This document shows, piece by piece, positions 1 through 13,800 of a DNA stretch of 64,000 bases. The DNA comes from Camelus ferus (taxonomy: Eukaryota). Made by a program: the position numbers and the translations under genes. The first letter of the stretch is position 1. Each line of letters begins with the position of its first letter. The stretch is from contig NC_045697.1 of the NCBI RefSeq assembly GCF_009834535.1, positions 38,752,001 through 38,816,000 of the forward strand, in the 5' to 3' direction. The notes below the pieces were generated by a model. That model saw only the letters and a list, made by a program, of their open reading frames with translations, was not told where the DNA came from and searched no databases.

Positions 1-290
1 GTACATCCTTTATCCACTCCACTGCTGGACATTTCCCATGCTTCCAGATTGGGGCCACGATGAATAATGCTGCTATAAAAATTCCTGTGCATGTCTTCCA
101 ATAAACATATGTATGCATCTTTGTTGAGTAGACACCCAGGAGAGGGATGCTGGGTCATGGGGTATGCATATATTCAGCTACTGTTTTAAGCACTTTACAT
201 ATATTAATGCATTTAATCTCCACCACAACTCTATGAGATACGTGCTGTCATTATCCTCAGTTTAAAAAGGAGGAAATGGAGGCATTAAGA
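1..290 (-). mobile_element. Old L1 fragment (1-180) followed by a MIR fragment (181-290)
   Basis: ttatccactcc...gaataatgctgctat...gctgggtcatgggg; tttaatctccaccacaactctatgag...gaggaaatggaggca. Confidence 0.6.
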
Positions 291-3200
291 AGTCTATGCT
301 GTCAAAACAGTTGCTTCAGTGCCTCTCTGTGATAGGCAGGGACCACATCAGCCCTGTGTGGTACAGAATTCCTAGTGTCTACCACGGCACCTTGCACATA
401 CACAGCAGGAGCTCAACAAATCTTTTTTGAGTTAAGTATTAGAGAATAGCAGGAATCCACTGCCCCTCAACCCTATCTGACAACCCTTATATCTCAAGTG
501 AGCTGAAAAATTTTCTCCATTTTTGGACACTAATTACAAATGAGTTGCCCCATCTTTGCTTTGTCTTAATGCTCTTTATTATCTATGCCACTGCAAAGGG
601 AAATTGCTACAGATTAATCACAAAAATGATCACTCCCAATCCACTGACTCTGTGCACTGGACCTTTAAATATATGTCTAGCCCAGCAGGTGAGAAAACAG
701 ACTCAGAAATTAGAAGACTTCCCCAAGATCAAACTGATGTTACTAGGAATCTTGGCACTAGATTTCAAGTCCTATGTGAAAGAGCTGTTCCCAGTGCTGA
801 CCAGAATGACAAAGCAGGAGTACTTTGAGACTCTTGGGGATAAGTCACTTTTCCAACCAAGGGAATGCAAAACACTATAGGAATGTAACATGTTTGGTCA
901 TTATTTCTAAGAGATAAAAGTCCAAAAAGTTAACCCCAGCCTTAATTTAGCAACTCAAAGCAAGTTCTCTGATAAGCTACTCATGTGTTCTCTAACAAAC
1001 TAAATGAAGATCACTGGGAACTAATTCCATAGGTTGGTGAGTCTCACAACTGCTTTCCTGTGATAATTTTATATACTCTGTTTGCAGAACCAGAGTCTGT
1101 ATCTCCCAAGAAAACTGCTCCTGAGATCACTGCAAATCGGTTTCCTCAAAGAACAACAGAACCAAAAGATTCTACAGGATGTTTTTGCAGACAGGAAAAC
1201 CCCTACATGACCCGACTTCATCAGGTAAATCTCATAAATTTTTAAAAGAGGTATGAAAATGGTTATCAGTTAGTTGTAGGGTTCAGTTCCTCACCCAAGG
1301 AAGTGATAATACACTGAAGGACATTTTCATCTCCTAACTAACCAAGGAAAGGCTAACTAGTTGGTTCATGGGATAAATCTATGAAATTTTAGTAATTCCT
1401 TTTAGGGAGTCTTCAAATACGTCCATGTCATTCTAGTCTCCATAAAATGTCACTGTGGTTTAAAGATGAAGATTTCTGATCTAGGGAAGGTGGGTGGTGT
1501 GGTTTGTCCAGAATCCTGCAAACCAATGAACTAATGTTTTCTGAACAGAAAAACCACTTGGTGATTATATGAATCTGGTGTGAACAAGCCTGCACACACA
1601 GCTCACAGCTGAATACAACAACTAGTTAGTTTAAAACTGAAAATTCCTCCTGACAGTAAGTAGAGCTATGGAATAAACTTGCAAATAGCCAGACTACTAA
1701 AAAGAAGTACTTCTGGGTGAGCCCATCTGTATTAATTGTCCAGTGCATGACTGTATAGCAACTGATACTCCATTTGCTTTCATATATAAAATACATATTA
1801 CAATTTTCAGCTACTCTGTTATCCCTAAGACTAAATTTGTTTAGGTCAGATTATGGCTAAGATAAAGACAGAACCAAATACAATGCAAAAGTGACAGAAA
1901 TTTCATCTTCTAGATCCCATGTTTAGGAAGATAATGTATAAGTGATAAATTCTTTCATCAAAAAGGGAGGGGAAATCAACAGAATCTTGTTTTAAAACTA
2001 ACCATTGAGTGGATTGGGTTAAGGTGGTAAAGAGTCTTCTGCAAAGGACCACCACTGGACAGTACACTGTATATAACTATATTAAGTTATGACAACCTAT
2101 CTAGGCCTCCAGTTTTGACCGTCCTTCATTCAATGCCATATAAAAACATTACTTCTTAATCTTTGATCCCTACCTACCGGTTTAGAGTAGCAGAAGATTT
2201 TATCTTCCAGACATAAGGAAGTTTAACGTTCTTAGAATCAGAATCTGTTCCCCTAAAGGGAGAGGACTTTTGCTAATTTTACAGTTTTGAACTGGAAAAG
2301 ATTATGAGCAAGAACCAGACCTCTCAGTGAACCTTAATGATTCTATGTCTACACAAGGAAAATCTGTTTTCCATTAATACCTTTGTTCCCCCAAAGCTAC
2401 CGATTTCTTGCCGTTGTTACTGAAAATATCACAAGGTCAATTTTCAATACCACAGTTTAACAAATAGTTGTTTGGTCAAATAAGCAGCCTGATAGAATCC
2501 ATTTAATTTTCTCTATTCATAAAGTAATCACATTTTTATTTTATTTTATTGCCCTTAGCTTGTAATTCTTTCACTTAAAAGCAACTGTAGGAAAGTGTAT
2601 GTAACTAGGAAGAAAGTTGTATTCATTAAAAAAAAAAACCCCAAAAAACCCAAAAAATCATCCCTTTTCTTCATGCACAAATTTAAAGAAGAGAGCTTAG
2701 GATGAACTTTTGAGTTATTTAGCTAAAAAATAAATAGTTAAGCAAAAACACTACTTCTATTTTACGTTTGGTGAGGGAAAGCTAATCATTTGGAATGCAT
2801 ACTTATCGCTCCCATACTGCTGCTAAGTGTTACTGCCAAGTTTCTTAACTGTTCTAGAAGTTGTTGCTGAGATATTGCCTTATAGAAATTTTGTAATACG
2901 TTCACTGATAAATGTTAAACCTAGGTTTATATTCCTTAATCAGAGTGTTTATATCAACCTATAGTTAGTAAGAATTGGAAAGATTACAGAAGCAAAGTTA
3001 CTTTTTAACTCAAAGGGATCTATGAGTTTTTCAAAATCAATGTGTATCTTGCCATATAAGAACTGCCCTCCTCTCTTTCTTGTAAAGAAGAAAGTTATTT
3101 TGGCGTTTTCTTACTACCAGCCTTTTTATTCACTATCTAAAACGTTTACCAATGAATCTTTTGCACATGCACTATTCCTTGTGATTGGATTGTTCTCAGT

Positions 3201-3802
3201 TAATTCAAATGAGAGCTGTAGCGGGTAGTTCCTCTTGAACACCAACTAACCCTGTTTCCCCGGGTTCGAATACCTAAGTTCCCATAGCTGCGACAACGTT
3301 CAAATACACAATCTGCTCAATAGCTCTGCCCTGGCAAACAAAAGCTTGTGGTGGTTGGAGGCTCCGCGCGAAACCTGAGGGTCCTGTAGGTCCCGGACCA
3401 GCAGTCACTCCACACAATCCTATCACAACAGCATCTCCAGGCTCTGGGAAATTAAAACCCGCAAGCAGCCGGGGAGGAACCCAATCGGACTAGCCCAAGC
3501 GAACAGAAGCCTTACAAACTGGTTAGACCCAAGAAGGGTACGCAACCCTGGAGGAGAGGGGAGAGCCCTTAAAGAGCATTAAGGGTTGCGGGAAACCCAG
3601 TGAAGTCTAGGGGGACAAGGAAGCACCCGCGCAAGCCTTGACAACCTGGTGGATGCCACAAGCAGATGCCGGTCCAGGAAAGAAAGAGAGGTCCGGCCTC
3701 CGGTCCTCAGGCATCCGCGAGATCACCAACTCGGGCCGCGGGAAGCGGCTCAGGCAGAGAAGCACACGTGCCGCCATCCCCACCCCTCGCCCAGCTGCTC
3801 AC

Positions 3803-3930
3803 CGGTGCTGCAGCCCCACGAGTCCCAGAGTGATCACATGGGGTACATCCAGCTGCGTGGGCCACTCTCCTGAGGCGATGCACCCGAACACGCCACATTC
3901 CTCTCGGATCCCCGACTCTTCCAGCTCCAT
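3803..3930 (-). CDS. PPAT: Amidophosphoribosyltransferase, coding exon 1 (gene continues leftward past the window start)
   Basis: ATG at 3930-3928. Translates [43 protein letters not shown]: 11-aa propeptide followed by the Ntn-hydrolase Cys. Donor CG|GTGAGC at 3802; 128 nt. Confidence 0.97.
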
Positions 3931-4802
3931 GTCGCCGCCGAAAGCACGTGGAGGGACCCGCCGCGGCGGCAGGGGTCTAAGCACCAACCAGCTGCCCTCT
4001 CGGCCTGTAAGCCTCAGACACTTGCGCCAGCTGCAGCCGCTCCCTCTACGGCGGTAGGACCCCCGCGACTGCGGCGGCGCTTGCTTTCCCGAAGTAAGAG
4101 CGATTAGCTCGCCCCCCGCCCCCTGCCCCGCCCCCGCGAGCCCACCAATGAGCAAGGATGCAGGGAGAGGCTCCGCGGCTGAGGGGCGGGGTCAAGGTTC
4201 TGTGGGGGTGGAGCTAGGCCTCCACCTGTCCCTGCGGGCAGCTAATTTTTCTGCACGTGGAAATCTTCGTTATATTCCAGCACCCAAGACTGGGTGATGA
4301 GACTACAGGAGTTAAAGTCATTTCTCTCCCAGAGGATGTGAACTTTGTATGTCCCCTCCGCACATACTTTCCCCAGCCGTCACTACTTGGTATACTCCAA
4401 CCTATGAACCGCTCTCGTTGCAGAGGAGGGGGCTGGTCAGCGAGCTGCCGCAGGGTGGGGAGGGGCCGCCAGTGCGCGCCACTTTTCCTTTCTGCTGGAA
4501 CAGCGCCCGCGCGGGGAGGGGCACGGTCCGCGTCGCTGCGCCTGCGCGGCGGGAAGCCTCGGGCGAGTCGCTTGCTCCTTGAGTCGAAGTTCCTCAAGGT
4601 CCGCAGAGACCCCCGCGGTTCCGTCGCTGAGGTGGTGCTCAACGAGGCTGCGAGGGGGCGCTCTGGGCCACGCAGCCCGCCGGGGGCGTGTCTGTGGGCC
4701 GCACCTCCCTTCCCCGCCCCGTGAGCCTCTCTGATCACTCCTCTTTTCCAGAGTCCCGCCTCTGTTCCGAGCGCGGCCGCCGCCCCCAGCCCACTCCGGA
4801 CA

Positions 4803-4818
4803 ATGGCGACCGCTCAGG
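4803..4818 (+). CDS. PAICS: PAICS coding exon 1
   Basis: acaATGGCGACCGCTCAGG|GTGAGT, encoding MATAQ. Confidence 0.93.
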
Positions 4819-7800
4819 GTGAGTAGAGGCGTCCCCCGGAGTCCGCCGGGGACTCCCTGCCCTCCACGGTCTTCCCTCCCGCAGCCTTGAGCTCGCGGGC
4901 TAGACGTGGACACGTGCGCGCTCTGCTGCCCCGACGGCGGCCTTCCCCGGTTTCCCTGCACCCCGCCCTTCTAGGCTGCTGGGCGGGCGGGCAAGTGCCC
5001 CAGGCGTTGCTGAGCCGTGCGTTGGAAACAAAGCGCTCTCGGGCATCCGAACTTTCCGAAACACCCTAAACTGCCTTTGGGATGGGGAAAAGGAGCAAAG
5101 GGTAATTAGAACGAGAAATGTCCAGGGGTTGGAGAGGTGCCTGGAAATCGCATTTGCAATCAATAGATATTGCAAAACAATCACAGGAACTTCTGGTGTT
5201 TACTCTTCAAACCAAAGTCTTGCTTTTTCCCGTTACGTTAATAATAACCTACTATCCTAGAAAGTTAATAATTGACTCTTCTGAAAACTTTGCTATTTTC
5301 TGTCAAAATTTTGTGTGTGTTTTTCAGTCTTTTGATGCCAGTGATGGCTTTAGAGAGTTTCAAAACTACTAGGCAAAAATGTGTTCTTGCTTCACTTTGT
5401 ATTTATCATATCACATATTTAAATAATCATTTTTGTCCACGAGTGATTAGGATCCGCGGGAGAGGTCGCTTGTGGTATTTTTGCTGAAAAAAGTTGGGTT
5501 TTTTCCCCCCAATACCCTATTTTAAAATTTATGGTGAACCAAATTCCTTGTGTTGGCTGGTCAGTACATTCTCTTCCACATAGAAAAATTGAATTTAGGT
5601 AGAAAACTATAGACTAAATAAAAAGATCCTGATGATAAGTAACAGCTCCATAAAGTCAAGACGTTAGACCAGAATTTTCTTTGCCGTACCCCTAAACTTG
5701 TAGACCTCTAAAATCTTTGCTCTTCCATTCCTTCCATGTAAAATTTTTGGGGCAGGCTAATTTTTCAGAACTGTCACGTTTATGGTTTCTCAGTAGCACT
5801 TCCTTGCCCAAAAATGTTCGCTGGCAACTCAAAAGTTATTAAAATCCAGTCTGAAGAATCTTTCATTCACATCCTGTGTACTGCTTTCTACCTCTTCAAC
5901 TCTAACTTTGATTTTTCTCTCTTGTGAATCCTACCTAAGCCTACCTTCCAGTCAGGTTAATTAACCATGTTTACTCTTCTATGTTTCTTTATGCTGTTTC
6001 TTCTAGAACAATGCTGTCTAGTAGGAATATAATGTGACACTATATGTAACTGTGTTTTCTAGTAGCCACATTTTAAAATGTAAAAAGAAACAGGTGAAAT
6101 GAATTTCAATGTTATTTTATTTAACCCAGTGTATCCAAAATAGTATTTCAACATGTAATCACTATAAAAAAAATTTGTGATTTTTGCAGGCTTTTTCTTC
6201 ACATTGAAATCCATTGTGTGTTGTGACTTAACTTACATCTCAGTTTGGAGTAGCCACATTTCAAGTATTTCATGGTCACATGTGGCTAGTGGCTACCATA
6301 TTGGACAGCACAGCCCTAGATGTTCTTAACTCTTACGTGGGGAAATTAAGTACTGAAAAGTACTTGTAAATTTCAGTTCCATGAATTTTCTCAGTTCTCA
6401 TAGATCTCTTCTGAATTCATCTGTAATTTTGTAGCAGGCATTTTGGCACTTGTAGCATATGTCTCCTATGATATTATCTTATGTTATTTCTGTCCATTAG
6501 TTGAAATTCCTGCCCTCTTTAATGACTAGGTAATAAATACCTATCAGCTAAACTGGGAGGGAGGGGCCGTTGGTACAAACTTTCTTTTTCCTTTCATCTG
6601 ACCTAGGCAACATCCTTGACTTTCCCTTCCCCAGTCCACCATATTGAATCAACTGTTATGAAAACTTTTACCTTTTAAGTATCTTGTCCTATTTCACTGC
6701 TTTTTCCTTAGACCAGGATATTTCTTGCCTGGATTGCTGCCACAGCAGCCTAACTGTCCTCACAGTCTCTAGTTTTCTTCCACTTCACCTTTTCCTCATT
6801 TCATTCTCCACAAAGTAGCTATAATGATCTTTCTAATATAGAAACCTGTCATTTTATTGACATGCTTAAAAGCCTGTTATTATGATAAAGTCTAAACTTA
6901 GGTCTTAACGTGGCGGCTTATGAGACCTGAAGGATGAGTAGTGAAATGGAAGGGAAGGAAACAGTGCCCCAGGCCCAGGGAAGAGCATGTCGGGAAGCCT
7001 AAGCAGGAGGGGGAAATAGAGGTTCAGTTACGAAGTTGGGGTTCTAGGAAGGGAATAGAGAAATCTTAGTTTGGAGCACTAAGCCAAGCCTGTATCTTTG
7101 AAGGACCTTCAAAACAGTGTCAGTGAGTCAAGGGGGATGGGGATTTATCCTGTAAATAAGGTACCCTGCAGTGGCAACTATCAAACTGAATTGTAACTGT
7201 TGTGTTTAATGGTTACCTTCACTAACTGGTGATATGACCCCTGCCCAGTCCTTCAGTGTTATCTCCTGGCCTTCCTTTCTTCTCCTTAGCTGGTGCCCCT
7301 GCCCTCCCTTCCCTTCCCAACACAGTGTATACACATACACAGTGCTCCACACATACTGAAGTTCTGTCATGTACTCTTTAACCCCATGGTCTTTTTTCAC
7401 CACCAGTACCTACCCCTTTCCCTCTTCTGGCTAAATTTTGATCATTCTTCACATCTCAACCTAATCCTCACTTAGTTCTAGACTTCCTTCTCTGATGTCT
7501 AGACATCAGAGGTTAGGTTAAGTGGTCCTGCTATGAACCTGTGATCCCAAAGTCTGTGTACTTCTCACGTTATACTTGCTATGATATCTTGTTAAATTTC
7601 AGCTTCCCTCAGACTCAGGTCACTTAAGAGCAGGAACTGGGTCTTATTTATTGGTACATCCCTAGTACCTGGCACATGGGCACTAAAACATTCTGAGAAT
7701 GAGTCAATACTCTGGGAGCATGAGGGGTAATTTCTCCTTTTGGAAATTTTATGTCAAGTTCCTAAACTCCTATTATCTCTGATCTTCGTCTAAATCATTC

Positions 7801-10800
7801 TTTCTAATGACTAGGGTCGACTTTTCCCGTCTCATGACCTGCATCAAAATTAGGTTCTCTTCTCATGGTTTTCTGTAACTGAGTGAGGAGAGGAGATGAA
7901 GGGTAGGGGGTAAGAAAGCATGATTAGAAAAACAGAAGGGCTTCCAAATGGTCTAACTTCAGTGAGTGGAGGTGTCTCCTCTTGCACATTAACTGGAAAT
8001 CAAGAAACCCATTTCATGGTAGAGTGCATGCCTAGCATGCACGAGGTCCTGGGCTCATTCCCCAGTATGTCCATTAAAAATAAATAAATAAGCTTAATTA
8101 CCCCCACCCTCCCCCAAAAGAAAGAAACCCTTCTGGCTGAACTTTGCCATTTTGCCTGCCATGGAAAGCCAAAGTCTGAAAAAATACAGCATTTTTTCCC
8201 CTAGCAAGTTAGTTTAGTTATTGTATTGTGAGTATACTGTATATATATGAAAATACTAGTGTAGTTATATTAATTTTAATGTATCTTAGCTAATTCTACT
8301 TCAGTTCTGCTATGAGGCAGGTTGATAGTGGGAAGAGCACAGAATTAGATACCAGATTTAGGGCTTTTCCTAGTCCTGCCATTTCCTAACCGTGTGACCT
8401 CCACCTTTTTGACTCTTAGTTTCCTAATCTCTATAATTATTTACATAATTATAATTTTTCACAAAATTATGTGAATGAAATGTGATGATGCATTGAAAAT
8501 ACTTTGTAGAGTATAAGGTTCTATGCAGATAAGTTAATTTTTATTAAAATTATTTAATTACTCTGTATGTTCACTGATTCATCATTTCAGATAACTTAGT
8601 CTCCTAAATTAACTTTAGGAAATTTCTTTCCAAAATCTGATGTTTCCATGTTATTTTCAGTTTTGAACGTTGGTAAAAAACTCTATGAGGGCAAAACAAA
8701 AGAAGTCTATGAATTGTTGGATAGTCCAGGAAAAGTCCTCCTGCAGTCCAAGGACCAGATTACAGCAGGAAATGCAGCCAGAAAGAATCACCTTGAAGGA
8801 AAAGCTGCAATCTCAAATAAAATTACCAGTTGTATTTTTCAGTTGTTACAGGAATCAGGTGAGTGGCTCCCCCTACAGCCTCCTCCCTTTCGCATACGCC
8901 GCTCTGATCTCTTTAATGGGGAGATGGTACTGTTTGGATTAACAACATGTTTGGGGATGTCTCTCATACTAAGCTTATTTAAATCAAACCAGGAACTCAA
9001 ACTTCACTGTGACACTTTATTTGATTTGGAGTTATTAAGTTGTATCATTTGGTTAATTAAAAGGAATCTTAACAGTTTGCTGTAGTCTTCCTAGGAGACA
9101 TCTTCCTAGGAGAGACTTACCCATGCAGGAAGGAAGCACACTCTGGTGTTAGGCAGCTCTAATTGATGAATTGAAATTTAGTCTCTATAATTCTATATAA
9201 ATTTGCTCCACCCCCTTGGAGATAATACAGAATTTCAAATCCCTCTTCCACTTGAAAGCCCTGAAAAGTCGTTGAAGATCACATCTGCTCATCCTGCCAT
9301 TCTCCAAGTGAGGGATTTGGGCTAGATCAAAGATGTCCAGGGTTACCTCCTACTCTAAAACTGAATGAAGACTGTTTCCAATAGAGAAATCTATTTGAAA
9401 GATGAAATTCAGATCAGAGTATTTTGTGGAGGGTACTTGGAGTGAAAGGAGAATTAGGATAACCATTTTTCTGCAGGGATTTAGTCAAAAGCTGATTGGT
9501 CTGCAGTATGTAAAATCTCAGCCAGCAAAAGATTTCAGCTCCCTGTCCACTGTAAGAGACCTTGTGCCTTAGGTCACTCAACCTTTGAAGCCTCCAGTTG
9601 CTCATCTGTAAAATAAAAGCTTTGTTCTTTATCATCCCAGATCTAATTTTATAATTTAATAACTTCATCTCCTTTTACTTCCAGTATCTCCAGTTGTCCT
9701 CTCATTTCCTAGATCTTCCAGTAAGAATTAATCTTTTTTAAATCCAAAGGGGAATTTAATACCTTTGTTTCCAGTCAAGATAGATGTATCTGCTTTCCAC
9801 AAAAGAACGAGGTAGTTCAAGTTAAATCCATTTTGTCAGTACAGAATGGGTTCTTGAATAGTTTTGCCTTTTCCAAAGTACCCTGTTTCACATTTTTAAA
9901 TTAATATGAAAAAAAATGTTTAATTGCCAACCTAAATTATCATCCACATCATAAATTCCTCTATGCATTGAAGATAAATATATTGCTATAAATTTAAAGC
10001 ACTTCTCACAGTACCTAAGTAATACTATACAGGATTTTGCTTTAAGGCTTTCTGGATTGGTAGTTTCCCAATGACCGAGGAGATTTCTAGAGAGAGCATC
10101 AAACTAATTTTAGCTTTCTTTTGCAGTACAGATACAACTGATCCATTTGTTAACCTCACAAGTTATCTCCTCCCCATACACATTAATTTTTTTTTAGTTG
10201 TTTAACACTGTAAGTGAACAATACAAAAATTATCTTTTGTGTTCTCATAGTAATACATAGCTATGGGGCTTTATATATGTATATATATATATAAAATAAT
10301 AAATATATTTATTAAAAAATAAAATTATATACACTTTCAAGTAATGGAAGGTAAATATAGGCTTAAGTTTTTATTTGCTTATTTAATAAGGCACTTATTC
10401 AGTGTACTTGCTGGGGCTTAAGAACAAGTGAATTAGGATGATCCAAGTTGTCTCTGTCCAGGACTTTCCCAGTTTTGACTCTGAAAGTCCTTCGTTCAGC
10501 TGAGAAAGTTGGTTACCCAAGTGAAATTCTCCAGCGATTATCTTTATTTGGCACACTTAACATAGCTAAAACTTACTTGGTTCATAGGAAGTGTTGAAAG
10601 ATGTTTTCCAGGTTTTATATACTGTGAAATTAAGGAAAACTTAAGTTTTTTAAAAAATTCTTAGAGTATTTTATGATACAATTAAGAGTCCTATTAAGCC
10701 TCATGTAATTTTTACTTGCTAATAGTTAAATGCTATGTCTTGACCATCAGTGGACTATTTAAGACAGCTTTCTTTATAACCAGGGGTGTGTTCCTAATGA

Positions 10801-13800
10801 AAGTGTTTCTAGAAATTTGAATGGGGAGAGTACCAGAATGAGAATCAATATACCAGAATTCAAATTTTCTTTGTCACTCATGAGCAAACTGTAAAAGACT
10901 ATACAGATAGCAGGTATAGATAATACTGTTTTCCATGGAAATAATATACATACTGTACCTGAATTTTGAAGTTCCTGGATTTATTCTCAATAGTTAAAAA
11001 TCAGAATTTAGCTTTTTAAGTCTCAGTGCCCTCCCACACAGAAACCAACTCTAATTACATTTAGCTGTGGTGGTAGTGATATGACTGACAGTCCTGTAGG
11101 TGTTAAACCACAGATGGGGAGCTAGGCAACCTTAATACAGGGACGGCCTCAGGGGTAACTGGGCTGATGAGCTGTCACTGTCAGCCATTGTAATTCAGAA
11201 TATGAAGTGACACATTTTCACTCTTTTTTTTTTTTTTTTTTTTTTACATTTTCACTCTTTGATAGAAGTTTTGAATTTTGTAAACAAGTGAGAAAAATGG
11301 GGAGAGTTCACCAATAAACTTGGATACTAGTCTGTCGAGCTTGGTAGACAAGTGAGCAGATACGACTATTAACAGTCCTAAAAAAGAAGCACTCTTAAAG
11401 CCAGGCATGTAGTTAGCACCTCAAATTAAGGATTGATTTAAATCTCCTGTCTGCCCATGAGCCCAATCATTCATTAAAGGTTAAAATGGCCTAAATATTT
11501 TACCTAAAGGTTTTTAACATTCCCAGAGGGAATGCAGAGAAAACAGTACACGTTTTAGAACCAGATAGTGCATTTCAGGTCCAGGCTCTCTTACTGATTG
11601 ACAGCATGACCTAACTTGTTAAATTACTTAACTTCTTTGAGCCTCTATTTCTTTCACTACAAAATGTAAATAATAGTACTTACCTCAAAAATTTTATGTT
11701 TGATTAAATAAGGTAACATGTAGAACACTTAGCATGAAGCAACGTTTCCATACATGTAGGTTCCCATTATGTGTGGGTACACAGAAGATCAAAGATCTTC
11801 AATCCTTTCCTGATTTAAAAAAAAAAATTGATCTTATTAGAGGATTAGATTGGGATCGGAGGTACTAACATTTTAGTCTGAAGATGGGCATTAATATGTT
11901 AAGCCCATGCAGGTTTCCAGAAGATATTTTAATCCATGTTTATGCTATAGTATTTGTACTGTAATGTATTAACACCTCTAGGAGAGACAGTATAGCATAG
12001 TGGTTAAGTCAGCAGCCTACAGAGTTCAGACAGTGTGGGTTGGAAACCCTGCTTTCCCTAATCCTTACTGACATAACTACTGTGTCTCTGTTCTTACCTA
12101 TTTCGTTGGATTACTATCATATCTTATCAGGTATTACAAACAGACATAAATAAATAGGATTAAACAAAAAGAAAATGAATTTACAATGCCTTAAAGTAGG
12201 TCTTGCAAATTGTGGTAAAATATACATACATAAAATTTACCATTTTAAGCATTTTTAAATGTATGATTCAGTGTCATTTAAGTACGTTGACAGTGTTGTG
12301 CAACCATCAATCACCATTCTCAATTTCCAGAACTTTTTCATCCTCCCAAACAGAAACTCTGACCCATTAAACAGTAACTCTTCTGGTAACCTCTGTTCTA
12401 CTTTCTGGCTCTATGAATTTGTCTATTGTAGGTACCTTGTATAAGTCAAATTACACAATTTTTAACCTTTATTTCACTTAGCATAAGGTTTTCATGGACC
12501 ATCCATGCTGTAGCCTGTATCAGAATTTCTTTTTTTATGACTGAATAATCATTGTATGTATTTACTACATTTTGTCTATCTACTCTGCTCATCTGTTGTT
12601 GGACACTTGGGTTGTTTCCCTCTTTTGGCTATTATGAATGATGCTGCTGTGAACAATGATGTACAAATATCTGTTTGAGTCCCTGCTTTCAATTTTGTAT
12701 ATATACCTAGAAGTGGAATTGCTGGGTCATATGGTTTATGATACATTGTAACTATTATTAGAGAGATTATTATTTTCCAGGACTACCATATAAAATAGCT
12801 CCCATCCTAAACATCACAAGGCGGCTCTTTATCTCAGTTTTTCAGTAATATTTTAAGTAAGAAGAGAGAGGAAGGACAAATATTTTCTTTGCTCTTGGCC
12901 AAATTGGCCACTGTTCCTGCTGCTACCTATTGAATGCTTTTTTCAAGGATTATTTTCTTTAAATATTCAGAGAAAAGGGCTATCCAAAATTTAGGGCTGT
13001 ATCTGATTGTGATAAGTAGATTAATATTTTATAAGGCCCATATAATGCTGGACCATAGAATATGAGAATCCTGCAGCCAGGTCTGATTCAGAGGTAATTG
13101 GGTGCCACTTAGTTATACGCCTTGTGCAAAGTTATGTGTACATTGGCAGAGGAGGTACTCAGTATTTTTTCAATGGATGAATGATGGTAAAGACACTGGG
13201 ATACAGATTTTTTTGGTCCAGTGTATACTTTGCCATGCAACATTGAAATGAAATATTCCTGAATATTTTGATAAGCAGTAGAAAGCCATATTAATAATTT
13301 TGTTTTCTTACTTCTACCTTTTTTTTTTTTTTTTTTTTTTTTTTGGTAGTGCTGTTTAAGGATAATGCATTTGGCTAGGTAGGGTTTCTGTTTTGTTTTA
13401 AGGGTGGACTTTTATTATGCCTCGGATCTACCTTTAAAATTTTTTTTTCTTTTTGTCATCAATATGTAGGTATCAAAACTGCTTTCACCAGAATATGTGG
13501 GGAGACAGCTTTCATTGCACCTAGGTGTGAAATGATTCCAATTGAATGGGTTTGTAGAAGAATAGCAACTGGTTCTTTTCTCAAAAGAAATCCTGGTGTC
13601 AAGGAAGGATATAAGTTCTACCCACCTAAAGTGGAGATGTTTTTCAAGGTAATTATTTGGTAATTATTTTATGCCTCCCTGTCTTACTATAACATAGCAA
13701 CCAGTTTAGTAAAAAGTCAAAAGATTTAAACATTATTAAAGCTTTTGATAGTGCAATTGTCATTCCAGAAATATATGTCAAAAAAGTTTACTTTCATTAG

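Larger units (their letters stand above)
3600..5060. promoter_or_regulatory. CpG island / bidirectional PPAT-PAICS promoter
   Basis: GC- and CpG-rich; divergent ATGs at 3930 (-) and 4803 (+). CACGTG at 3765, 3945, 4254, 4911; NRF1-like TGCGCCTGCGC 4537-4547; CCAAT 4145-4149; GC boxes near 4111-4135, 4183, 4712. Confidence 0.92.

Noticed and set aside
545..1245. ORFs of 111, 90 and 61 aa in PPAT intron 1
   Set aside because: No recognisable homology; non-ATG starts; lengths compatible with chance.
3262..3274. B-box-like GGTTCGAATAC
   Set aside because: No cloverleaf, no convincing A-box and no SINE body; not a tRNA gene.
3638..5184. Several long overlapping ORFs (139-174 aa) on both strands
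   Set aside because: Expected in a stop-poor CpG island; Arg/Pro/Gly-rich with no domain. Only PPAT and PAICS exon 1 are supported.
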